A stretch of DNA of 59,028 bases, taken from the NCBI GenBank assembly GCA_031268985.1, contig JAIRWN010000031.1, positions 1-59,028 of the forward strand. The letters are read 5' to 3'. Of the stretch, positions 41,893-50,405 are shown piece by piece. A program made the position numbers and the translations under genes. The notes beneath the pieces are model-generated. The model was not told the DNA's origin. It worked only from the letters and a program-made list of their open reading frames with translations, and did no database searches. Every line of letters begins with the position of its first letter. Positions within the stretch are counted from its first letter, which is position 1. The stretch comes from Holosporales bacterium. Lineage in GTDB: Bacteria > Pseudomonadota > Alphaproteobacteria > UBA3830 > JAIRWN01.

Positions 41893-43218
41893 TTAATTTT
41901 TATGATCAAACGAATTCTGAGTCCTTAATATTTCATCGAGACTGTGCGTCTTAAGCAGCATTTTATTATTTTTCAATTCTTCATCTGCTTTTTCTATTGC
42001 ATTTTGGATTTCACTGCCAGAAATATAATGGCTGACACCAAAGCTAACAGATAAATTTATGTTGTTATTTTGGCAAAAGTTTTGCGATGAAATGTTGTTT
42101 TTTGTTCTTTGAACTATTTTGTTTGCTTCCTTCAAATCAATATCAGGCATTATTAAAATAAACTCATCTCCGCCATAACGGCAAACGAAGTCCGTATCTC
42201 TGACAGATTTAGTGATTGTCAGACTTAATTGTCTAAGAATTTTATCTCCGACATTATGTCCGTACTTGTCGTTAATACGCTTAAAATTATCAACATCAAG
42301 AAGGCATATAAATGCGCCGTTTTGTGGGTAGAATCGAGATGAATAATTATCAACAAAGCGTCGGTTATAGGCTTCTGTTAAAGGATCTCTTAACGTCAAC
42401 TCAATATTTTTCGATAAGCAATCGCATAATTTTAAACGTATCTTTCTGTACAACGAAAGGCTACTTATGCGTTTTTTTAGTTCTAAATCGCTGTATTGAG
42501 AGCAAAAATATTCGCAGTTTAACTTATTCGACAGCGCTAAAGAGTTGTTAAAATCCTGCCCGACTATTAATACAGAAAGATCTTTGGGGAGCTTATCTAT
42601 AAAATTTGCATATTTTCTAATATTTGCGAATATATGATTATAGCTTAGGACTAAACAAGCTAGATCTTGCTCATATACATTGGATGGTTTATCTTCCGGC
42701 AAATACTCAAAAACGTTGAATCCCAAAGATTCCAGTCGACTTATCATGCAATTATCATATTTTATTGCAGCAATATTGGCTTTGGCCGAAGTCGCCTTTT
42801 GACCTGGATAAAAATTAATTTTTTCTTTCTGAAACGTCCATAACAAACCTCGAATGTTATCAAAACGCTTTAAGCACAAAAATAAATCGTCATTGTTCTG
42901 ACCTATGCGGATAAAGTCATCGACAGAAATATCAGCGTTTGGCAAAAAGTGACGACCTTCACTGAGCGTTGCGACTACAGGAATATTTATATCCTGGTAA
43001 ACTGCTCGAGTTTTTATCTTTTTAATAATTTTATTTAGGGCGTTTGAAGGCGTGTCGAGAAATGCAGCCTCGCTGAGCAGCACTAAATCGAGAGGATTAG
43101 AACGCGCGAAATCACATAAATAATCCAGGGAATCTATAGAGACGGTGAGATAAAGAGAATTTGACAGTAATTCAGCTAATACATGGTCCCGACTGCCTTT
43201 GTTTACTATCGCTATCAA
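41893..43218 (-). CDS. Diguanylate cyclase (GGDEF) with two degenerate receiver-like N-terminal modules (PleD-like architecture)
   Basis: 441 aa with a TTG start. The C-terminal GGDEF domain has an intact active site RYGGDEF and an RxxD I-site (RDTD) 5 residues upstream. The N-terminal about 270 aa has REC-like strand/helix periodicity but no DD pair or phospho-Asp. Confidence 0.8.
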   Translation of the reverse strand: MIAIVNKGSRDHVLAELLSNSLYLTVSIDSLDYLCDFARSNPLDLVLLSEAAFLDTPSNALNKIIKKIKTRAVYQDINIPVVATLSEGRHFLPNADISVDDFIRIGQNNDDLFLCLKRFDNIRGLLWTFQKEKINFYPGQKATSAKANIAAIKYDNCMISRLESLGFNVFEYLPEDKPSNVYEQDLACLVLSYNHIFANIRKYANFIDKLPKDLSVLIVGQDFNNSLALSNKLNCEYFCSQYSDLELKKRISSLSLYRKIRLKLCDCLSKNIELTLRDPLTEAYNRRFVDNYSSRFYPQNGAFICLLDVDNFKRINDKYGHNVGDKILRQLSLTITKSVRDTDFVCRYGGDEFILIMPDIDLKEANKIVQRTKNNISSQNFCQNNNINLSVSFGVSHYISGSEIQNAIEKADEELKNNKMLLKTHSLDEILRTQNSFDHKN

Positions 43219-43597
43219 CTAAATCCTCAATGCTTCGGCCGGAACAACGAACGCTTACTGCGTGCACAAAATCGAACATATCAATGGGCTTGATAAGCAA
43301 GCTACCATAACCGTTTTTCTTTAAAAAGGCTTTTGTCTTGTTACTTGGGTTCGAGGTTAAAATCAAACAATCAATGCGATTTTTACTTGTTCCAAGGCCT
43401 TTAATTAAAAATTCAACGTTGTTTTCTTGATCATATTCGTCAAAAACGATAAGCGATATATCCTTGTTTTTGAGCTTAAACATGGCGTCATCCACCGATT
43501 GAGCTTCGCTTACTCGGTATCCGTGTGCCGTAAGCATGTCAGCGTACATACAACGTTGCGATTGATTGTTCGCGATGATCAAAATATGATTTTTCAT
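43172..43597 (-). CDS. Single-domain response-regulator receiver protein (atypical acidic pocket)
   Basis: 141 aa. The REC fold has D (SLIVFDEY), T (LILTS) and K (LIKP), but the N-terminal DD is replaced by AN (ILIIANNQ). It overlaps the GGDEF gene by 47 nt. Confidence 0.7.
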   Translation of the reverse strand: MKNHILIIANNQSQRCMYADMLTAHGYRVSEAQSVDDAMFKLKNKDISLIVFDEYDQENNVEFLIKGLGTSKNRIDCLILTSNPSNKTKAFLKKNGYGSLLIKPIDMFDFVHAVSVRCSGRSIEDLVDSDSKQRQSGPCIS

Positions 43598-43745
43598 AGA
43601 GTGGAAATCATGCGCGTCAAGTGTAAAAAAATAGTTAACTCAAATAGTTTTTCATAAAAAAATGAAGCATGAGATGAGAATTATTTAGCCAGATCTTGAC
43701 TGCGACAGTTTATTGGGATAAATGCTGATATCGGATTAGACGAAA

Positions 43746-44369
43746 ATGATCGGTAATTGCAACATAATTTTATTCGAGGACGACTTACCTGACGGGCTTG
43801 AGCTGGGGGATGAAGTTGCTGTAGACACCGAGGCTATGGGGCTCAATATACACAATGATAGGCTGTGTCTCGTTCAAATCGCAACCAGTTCAGGCAAATG
43901 TTTTTTGATAAAAATTGGTCGTACAATCGGGCCTGCTCCTAACCTTAAAAAGGTACTGTCGTCTTCCAGAATCGCAAAAATTTTTCATTTTGCTCGTTTT
44001 GATGTTGCTCTTTTAAACAAAGCCTTTGATATCCGAGTCGACAATATTTTTTGTACTAAGATTGCCTCAAGATTAGCGAGGTCTTTCACAAACAAACATG
44101 GTTTGAAAGACTTGTGCTATAATCTTCTTGGCATTGAGCTTGTAAAACAACAGCAAACTTCCGATTGGGGGAAAAATAACCTCACGCAAGAGCAGCTTAA
44201 ATACGCAGCCGACGATGTGTTGTATCTGCACCGTTTAAAAGAAATATTATTGGAAATTTTGGTGCGCGAAGGACGCGATCGACTGGCCTGCGATTGTTTT
44301 AAAGCCATTGGGGTTATAACTAGCCTAGACGCTGTAGGAATAAATTTTGACGATTTATTCTCTCATTAG
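43746..44369 (+). CDS. rnd: Short RNase D-like DEDDy 3'-5' exonuclease
   Basis: 207 aa with the ExoI motif VAVDTEAMGL, ExoII KIFHFARFDV and ExoIII YAADDVLYL. Confidence 0.75.
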   Translation: MIGNCNIILFEDDLPDGLELGDEVAVDTEAMGLNIHNDRLCLVQIATSSGKCFLIKIGRTIGPAPNLKKVLSSSRIAKIFHFARFDVALLNKAFDIRVDNIFCTKIASRLARSFTNKHGLKDLCYNLLGIELVKQQQTSDWGKNNLTQEQLKYAADDVLYLHRLKEILLEILVREGRDRLACDCFKAIGVITSLDAVGINFDDLFSH

Positions 44370-44990
44370 AATTTTGGATTGCTGCTCACGCTTGTAGAGT
44401 ATTTTTTTATTTGAATATGGTTCTCAGCGAAGGTTTATCATATGAAATTTAGAATTTAAGATTTTTTAGCAAAAAGAGCTCTTGATCTGTAGGATGCGCT
44501 TACTCGGCATGTTCAATAAAAAGTAAAATTCTAAACTTGTAATCGAACTTGCGCGCCTTAACTAAGGGAGAAAGACATACTGTCATTTTACTGTATTTGG
44601 TCCCTCCGTATACACAAACCTACCTCTGCGGCCCACTTCTCCAGAGAATCTCCTCTTTAAACAATTCATTCCTCCCAACCGTACATCCGCTATCGGCTTA
44701 GGGATGAAACGATTCTTACATTTCAGCGGGCGTCCCATTACTTAATTTTAAAAATTTAGTCGCGCCAACTTTGGTGTAACTAAGCATCCGAACCAATCGA
44801 AACGTTGTCCATATTTGTCTCCGTTATTATACTTAAAAGACTGCGCTGACGCTACATACGCTTAATAAACTAAAATAGTGGCAGAAATACAATATATGAT
44901 GATGCGCCGTCATATATTTAAAAACGTATTGAACGTATGTTAATTTAGCATATTCCGGGCTTGTGTCTATCGATATAGATTTTTTGCATT

Positions 44991-45473
44991 TTACGGCTTT
45001 AAATATCTAAACCTGGAAAATTTTGGCGAAATTAACATGGTTTCTTTCTTCCAGCCGCTTAGCCGTTTGATATTTAGCTTCCTGTCGCCAAGATACGATC
45101 CGTTCATAACGGTCAAAATAAAAGCGTCTATAAGGCTCTCCGTAAAAAACAGATCTGCAACCTCAGCGCCTCCGATCATGTAGAATTTAGACTCGTTATC
45201 AAACATTTTAATTATGTAGCCAATAAATTCAGATAATGAGCTGAAGAATATGCATTTGTCTCTGATTAATTTTATTGTTTTGGAAAAAATCATAAATCTT
45301 CTGTTATTCAATAGGTTTTCTGGTAAAGAGTCGAAAGTTTTTCGGCCGACTATTAAATTTTCATCGTATGTAGTATCCCTGAAAAATTGAGTGTCTTCCT
45401 CGCATGACCACGGAATTACGCCATTTTTCCCTATCACGCCATTCACGTCACAAGACATAACTCCTACGATCAT
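44991..45473 (-). CDS. folA: Dihydrofolate reductase
   Basis: 160 aa. VIGKNGVIPW...D..FF...T....LIVGRKTFDSLP...L.NR...IFS and the GGAEV motif are collinear with DHFR. Confidence 0.8.
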   Translation of the reverse strand: MIVGVMSCDVNGVIGKNGVIPWSCEEDTQFFRDTTYDENLIVGRKTFDSLPENLLNNRRFMIFSKTIKLIRDKCIFFSSLSEFIGYIIKMFDNESKFYMIGGAEVADLFFTESLIDAFILTVMNGSYLGDRKLNIKRLSGWKKETMLISPKFSRFRYLKP

Positions 45474-45603
45474 TTTTCAAATTTACTGATTAAGTCGAAT
45501 CACCAAAAAAATGTAATTGAAGTTTTAAACTTTTGCACCTATATATTACAAATGTTGTTGTCGTCCAATGTAAATCGGGATGGCGGCAATCAGGTTTAGA
45601 TAT

Positions 45604-45679
45604 GGGTGCTTAGCTCAGTCGGTAGAGCATCTGACTTTTAATCAGAGGGTCACAGGTTCGAATCCTGTAGCGCCTACCA
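45604..45679 (+). tRNA. tRNA-Lys (anticodon UUU), CCA encoded
   Basis: 76-nt cloverleaf folded by hand: acceptor GGGTGCT/AGCGCCT, D-arm GCTC-AGTCGGT-AGAGC, anticodon stem TCTGA/TCAGA with loop CTTTTAA, T-arm ACAGG-TTCGAAT-CCTGT. Confidence 0.92.
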
Positions 45680-45908
45680 AGCCAGATTCGTCAGCGTGAG
45701 GCCAAGCAAACTAAGCCCGGCTTACATACAAAAGATAGCAGATATTTTGTTGATCAAATGATGTTCCGTATTTTTTGGCGACGGTTCATTTCAAGTGTTG
45801 TTGCGATTTGCTTAGATTTTAGTCGACGAAGTGTTTAGCCGCGCTTTAAATTTTTCAATTTTTGAATAAGTCGGAGAGATTTCAAGATCTAGACAAACGA
45901 TCGAGTGG

Positions 45909-45918
45909 AGGGGGGGGG
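45909..45918. repeat. G10 homopolymer tract in intergenic DNA
   Basis: Ten consecutive G read directly (gtggaGGGGGGGGGGct), in a 517-bp non-coding gap. Confidence 0.9.
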
Positions 45919-46196
45919 GCTATTTGCAGGCGTTTGCAAACGCCATGCAATTCCCTTTAAAGGATTGAAAACGCTGGAGCCCTCTGAACCAAGCAGCCAT
46001 ATATAACAGCCTAATGCCCAAAAACAAAACTTATTTACAGCATTACAATGCAGAATCATACAGTAGCCCACCAATATCTAGTTGAACCTTTGCAAAGGGC
46101 CCGCACAGTTTTTATTGATTTTTTGCACAGTTGTTTTATTATAATGCTTTATGGCACTGCTTTTTGGTTGATAAAAATGGAAACAAATACTGCGTC

Positions 46197-46517
46197 ATGA
46201 GGCAAGTAAAAAATCAGAATTTTGAAAAAGAAGTTCTCAATTCAGCCATACCCGTTGTTGTGGATTTTGCCGCTGAGTGGTGCCCGCCATGCAGAACTAT
46301 GGTTCCATTGTTAGATGAGTTGTTTGCTGAGCTGGCCGGGAAAGTTGATATTGTTAAGGTAAACATAGACGAATCACCTGAGCTTGCTGGTAAATATGGA
46401 GTTATGAGTATTCCTACAATGATTCTGTTCAAGGGTGGAAAACAGACCAGCTCTATAGTCGGCGGGCATTCTAAAGCAAAGATTGCCGAATGGATTAACT
46501 CTGAAATTAGCCTATGA
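46197..46517 (+). CDS. trxA: Thioredoxin (active site WCPPC)
   Basis: 106 aa from ATG 46197. FEKEVLNSAIPVVVDFAAEWCPPCRTMVP....VKVNIDE.PELA.KYGVMSIPTMILFKGG is the canonical Trx fold. The upstream extension in the ORF track (46131) is unlikely. Confidence 0.88.
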   Translation: MRQVKNQNFEKEVLNSAIPVVVDFAAEWCPPCRTMVPLLDELFAELAGKVDIVKVNIDESPELAGKYGVMSIPTMILFKGGKQTSSIVGGHSKAKIAEWINSEISL

Positions 46518-46538
46518 ACTTGATTACAAGAGAAACAT

Positions 46539-47804
46539 CTAAGACGTAGCCTTTATTTTAAGCGAGTTTACTTGATTGTTCTGACGCTTGATAACTTCGA
46601 TATTCAGGTTACATACCACAAAAGATTGACCAACTTCAGGAATTCTTCTTGCTTTATGAATAATAAGTCCTGCAATAGTCGAGACGTCTTCTGGCAGATT
46701 CCACCCAAACTCACGATTTAGATCGCGCACAGGAACGCTGCCGTTTACTAATATACTTCCATCTTGCTGAGTTTTTATACTACTGGCGTTGGCGTCATAC
46801 TCATCGGCGATCTCGCCCACGATTTCCTCAATAACGTCCTCTAAGGTAACTAAACCCATCAAGCTGCCGTATTCATCCACAACTAAGGCAAGATGCGATT
46901 TGCGTTCTCTGAAAGCTTGAAGCTGGTCCAAAAGACTGGTTGTTTCTGGAATAAACCAGGCGGGAGTTGACATGGACAGAATATTCAGTGTCTGCGTATC
47001 GCTTTCGTTCTGCTTTATAACCCTGAAAAGGCTTTTCGTATGAAGAACGCCAACAATATTTTCGGGATTATCCTTCCACAAAGGTATGCGCGAGTACGGA
47101 CAGTTCAGCGCTTCATCTATCAGCTGTTTTGTCGGCAAACTGCAGTCCAAAGTTACAAGATTTTTGCGGTGTATCATAACTTTACCGACCGTTACATCGT
47201 CCAGGTCAAGAACACTTTTAAGCATGAGTTTTTCTTTCATGCCGTCTTGACCGGTTTGGGCATGCATTTCAATCGCGCCAAGCAGCTCTTCTTCAGATAT
47301 AGTTCGGTTTGGGTCAGACTCCACTTTTATGCCGACCGCCTTTAAACTGAGTTTTCCGACCATTTCAAGCAATGCAGTCAGAGGTTTTAATATAATAATT
47401 GCGCCGCGAACTATCGGCGCGGCAATTAATGAGAATTTCAAGGAATTATGAATGGCCAGCATTTTTGGCAGAATTTCTGTATATATAATAACGAATATGC
47501 CGACAAAAACAGCGACAATTGGAATTCTGCTTTCACCAAACATATCAATGGCAAGCCAGGTAGAAATAGTAATAATGACATGGTTGGTCATCTGATTTGT
47601 TATCAGAATAGTGCTTATCGAGCTGGCAAACTTAGATTGGAGCGCTTGTACAAGCTTAGCCCGTTCATTGCCGTTTTTGCTCAATTGATGAAGGCTCGCC
47701 TTAGACGTTCCGGTAAGCGCAGTTTCCGAACCAGAGAAAAAACCGGAAAGAATCACAAGCAGCAGAAGCAAGAAAACAAAGAATACATGCAGGGGAGGCA
47801 TCAA
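46539..47804 (-). CDS. CNNM/TlyC-family membrane protein (DUF21-CBS pair-CorC_HlyC)
   Basis: 421 aa with 4 N-terminal TM helices (GSETAL motif), a CBS pair and the C-terminal transporter-associated domain. Confidence 0.8.
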   Translation of the reverse strand: MMPPLHVFFVFLLLLLVILSGFFSGSETALTGTSKASLHQLSKNGNERAKLVQALQSKFASSISTILITNQMTNHVIITISTWLAIDMFGESRIPIVAVFVGIFVIIYTEILPKMLAIHNSLKFSLIAAPIVRGAIIILKPLTALLEMVGKLSLKAVGIKVESDPNRTISEEELLGAIEMHAQTGQDGMKEKLMLKSVLDLDDVTVGKVMIHRKNLVTLDCSLPTKQLIDEALNCPYSRIPLWKDNPENIVGVLHTKSLFRVIKQNESDTQTLNILSMSTPAWFIPETTSLLDQLQAFRERKSHLALVVDEYGSLMGLVTLEDVIEEIVGEIADEYDANASSIKTQQDGSILVNGSVPVRDLNREFGWNLPEDVSTIAGLIIHKARRIPEVGQSFVVCNLNIEVIKRQNNQVNSLKIKATS

Positions 47805-47904
47805 TTGTGTACTAAAATAAGAAATCTTTTAGGATCGATTTCGATAAGCCTGTAAATATTTCTAAATTATTATATCAAAACGTTCTGTATAACGAAGCGC
47901 TTTT

Positions 47905-48906
47905 ATGAAAATACTCGGGATAGAATCAAGCTGCGATGATACTGCGGCTTCAGTAGTAACAAGCGACAAAGATGTTCTTTCGAACGTATTGTATTCTCAA
48001 ACGTTAACGCATGAGCTGTATGGAGGCGTTGTCCCAGAAATTGCGGCGAGAGCTCATACTGAAAAAATTTCTGATGTGGTTAAACACGCTCTATTTGAGG
48101 CGAATTGCTCTTTTGAACAGATTGATGTGATTGCTGCTACAGGCGGTCCCGGGCTGATTGGGGGGCTGATAGTTGGAACCAGTTTCGCTAAAGCAGTGGC
48201 CGTCGCGCTTAACAAGCCGTATGTTCCGATCAATCATCTTGAAGGCCATGCCTTAACGTCAAGGCTGACCGATAATATTGAATATCCGTATGTGTTGTTT
48301 CTTGTTTCAGGCGGTCATTGTCAGTCTATGGTCGTACGTGGATATGGGCGGTATTCCATGATTGGAAGCACGCTTGATGACGCAATCGGCGAGTCATTTG
48401 ATAAGGTAGCTAAAATGCTTGGGCTTCCAACCCCGGGAGGACCGTCAATTGAAAAGGCCGCTCAGTTGGGCGACCCGAACAGATTCAACTTTCCCATTCC
48501 TATGTTCGGCAAAAAAGACTTCTCGTTTTCTGGGCTGAAAACGGCCGTAAGAATCCAAGTCGAAAAAAACTGCGCTTTAACAGAGCAGGATGTTAACGAC
48601 CTGTCAGCTTCATTCCAGAAAACGGTATGCGACATTATGATGGACAAATGCAGGCAGTTGCTTAAAGACTCCAAGTTTATAAATATAAAAACTTTTGTGC
48701 TGAGCGGTGGAGTAGGCGCAAATGTTGCAATAAGGACGCATCTCAAAAAAATATGTGAGGAGTACAGAAGAGACCTTGTCGCTCCGCCTGTAAATTTCTG
48801 CACAGATAATGCCGCAATGATTGCTTGGGCTTGCATAGAAAAAATAGACGCCGGACATGTTGGCGATTTGAATTTCTCGCCTGACCCAAACTGGCGGATT
48901 GCTTGA
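47905..48906 (+). CDS. tsaD: tRNA N6-adenosine threonylcarbamoyltransferase
   Basis: 333 aa with ILGIESSCDDTA, HLEGH and VSGGH motifs and SGGVGAN. Confidence 0.92.
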   Translation: MKILGIESSCDDTAASVVTSDKDVLSNVLYSQTLTHELYGGVVPEIAARAHTEKISDVVKHALFEANCSFEQIDVIAATGGPGLIGGLIVGTSFAKAVAVALNKPYVPINHLEGHALTSRLTDNIEYPYVLFLVSGGHCQSMVVRGYGRYSMIGSTLDDAIGESFDKVAKMLGLPTPGGPSIEKAAQLGDPNRFNFPIPMFGKKDFSFSGLKTAVRIQVEKNCALTEQDVNDLSASFQKTVCDIMMDKCRQLLKDSKFINIKTFVLSGGVGANVAIRTHLKKICEEYRRDLVAPPVNFCTDNAAMIAWACIEKIDAGHVGDLNFSPDPNWRIA

Positions 48907-49007
48907 TCGATAGACATTTTATTCTTGTTAACTCTTTTTTAATAAGCGAGGCATATACTCCATTGTCGAGCCCAAATGGTGGGTAGTTTTTGTAAAGAGG
49001 ATATATA

Positions 49008-49289
49008 ATGAATAAAAAGATAGCTTTAGTTTCCAGTTTAGTTGTAGCCGTGGGCATTATTAGCAGCCAATCTTGTCAAGGCGGTTGGTTTAGTAAGATT
49101 AAGGCTCATGTCTCGTCAATATACAAAACCCATATCAAACCTCAACTTGAGGCTTCTCTTCACGAGGCGGCCAGTAAAGGCGCAGAAGCCTTACACGCAC
49201 ATGCGACCGATGTTGTGAAGCATTTTGAAGACCATGTTGCCGAAACTGCTAACGCAGTAGCAGCGCATCATGGATTCGACAAGCAATAG
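49008..49289 (+). CDS. Small secreted His/Ala-rich helical protein, orphan
   Basis: 93 aa. AGAGGA SD, signal peptide MNKKIALVSSLVVAVGIISSQS, then an amphipathic His/Ala/Lys-rich sequence. No family recognised. Confidence 0.5.
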   Translation: MNKKIALVSSLVVAVGIISSQSCQGGWFSKIKAHVSSIYKTHIKPQLEASLHEAASKGAEALHAHATDVVKHFEDHVAETANAVAAHHGFDKQ

Positions 49290-49429
49290 CCTGTCGCTAC
49301 TTATGCCCTTACTTCATAGTTACGACACGGAAGTAGGGGCGTGAATACAGCGAACAATCTACATACTTCCTCTCGAGATTTTTGCATTCATCGCTTTTAG
49401 CAAGCAAATATTAAAATTATTTGAAACAT

Positions 49430-49504
49430 TGGAGCGGGCGAAGGGATTTGAACCCTCGACCCCAACCTTGGCAAGGTTGTGCTCTACCCCTGAGCTACAC
49501 CCGC
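49430..49504 (-). tRNA. tRNA-Gly (anticodon GCC), CCA encoded
   Basis: The reverse complement folds as acceptor GCGGGTG/CGCCCGC, anticodon stem CAACC/GGTTG with loop TTGCCAA, T-arm with TTCAAAT, and discriminator U. Confidence 0.92.
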
Positions 49505-49608
49505 AAACATGCTATATGCTACATAACAATACAAAATGCGCAAGAGATTTCTGACGTAAATAAACAAATCATTCTTGTTCTCGACGCAGGGTTAGTATAA
49601 TATTTTTA

Positions 49609-50052
49609 ATGCGAAAGCTCTTGAAGGTTTTTATGAACAGTCTTGCTAAGTTTGCTATATTGCTTGCTCTACTTTCCGGTTGTCGACAAACGGTCAGCAC
49701 TTCCGGCAATATTTGCGAATCAGACGACTTAAACCTTCTTAAAGTTGGCGTGCATGGAATAAATGATGTGTACGAAATACTCGGAACCCCCTCATTTAAG
49801 CTTACCGGCAACAGAGTTTTGTATATAGGTAGAAGGCTGGAGGCAGTTGCTTTTCTTGAGCCGAAAATCACAAGCGAAAAAGTTGTGCTTGTTACCTTTA
49901 ACCAAAGAGGAGTTTTATCAGACTGGCAGATAGTCAAGCTTGATCATAAAAGCATAGTCTTTGACAAAGGCATAACCCCTATCAAAGGTACGGGGCGTAC
50001 TTCGGCTGATCATATTTTTGATAATCTTATCAAGGCGCCTAAAAGAAAGTAA
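49609..50052 (+). CDS. bamE: Outer-membrane protein assembly factor BamE (SmpA/OmlA lipoprotein)
   Basis: Lipobox LLSGC and SmpA_OmlA motif LKVGVHGINDVYEILGTPS. An alternative start is ATG 49633, with GAAGG 7 nt upstream. Confidence 0.75.
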   Translation: MRKLLKVFMNSLAKFAILLALLSGCRQTVSTSGNICESDDLNLLKVGVHGINDVYEILGTPSFKLTGNRVLYIGRRLEAVAFLEPKITSEKVVLVTFNQRGVLSDWQIVKLDHKSIVFDKGITPIKGTGRTSADHIFDNLIKAPKRK

Positions 50053-50405
50053 AGTTCGCGCTTGCGGCGGTTTGGTTTACTATTTTTGCTTCAGCGTTTT
50101 GGGCTCTTGCTACCAGCAACTTGGGCGGTTGATTTTTCCGGGATAAGTTGTTTGGGACAAGCATTCTTTTATGATGCTTTAACAAGCTCTTTTAAAGCTG
50201 GGGTGTTGTTGTTTGTCTCAAACAAAGTCGAATCGAGCGAACCTGCATTGCTAACTATGGAATCTATCTTTAGCGAAGGGAAGATTACCCCCAAATCAGC
50301 TTATGGCCTTGCCAAACTGTGGCAAGCTGTGCTTAATGTTAGCTATAGCAGCGGGAAGGCTTGGGTGTTTTTTGTGTTTACGCTTTAACTTTTTTGTAGA
50401 TAAAA

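Noticed and set aside
43172-43218. The 47-nt overlap of the REC and GGDEF ORFs as evidence of a frameshifted single gene
   Set aside because: The REC domain is complete before the overlap. The GGDEF ORF starts with a typical beta-1 strand (IAIVNK), directly after an in-frame TAG. No homopolymer or obvious slip site lies in the overlap. I keep them as two genes, but read-level verification would settle it.
44370-44990. Possible RNase P RNA, SRP (4.5S) RNA or 6S RNA in the long gap
   Set aside because: I found no GGAAAGTCCGG-type P4 motif on either strand, no GGAAGGAAGCAGCC SRP domain-IV motif and no obvious long closing helix. An ncRNA cannot be excluded without a covariance-model scan.
45889-46074. 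61-aa minus-strand ORF spanning the G10 tract
   Set aside because: The frame reads the homopolymer as Pro-Pro-Pro, and it has no SD and no similarity to anything I recognise. The G tract is treated as intergenic.
50062-50388. 108-aa ORF between bamE and fabD
   Set aside because: It has a non-ATG (TTG) start without an SD and no recognisable motif. I cannot exclude a small membrane protein, but the support is too weak to report as a feature.
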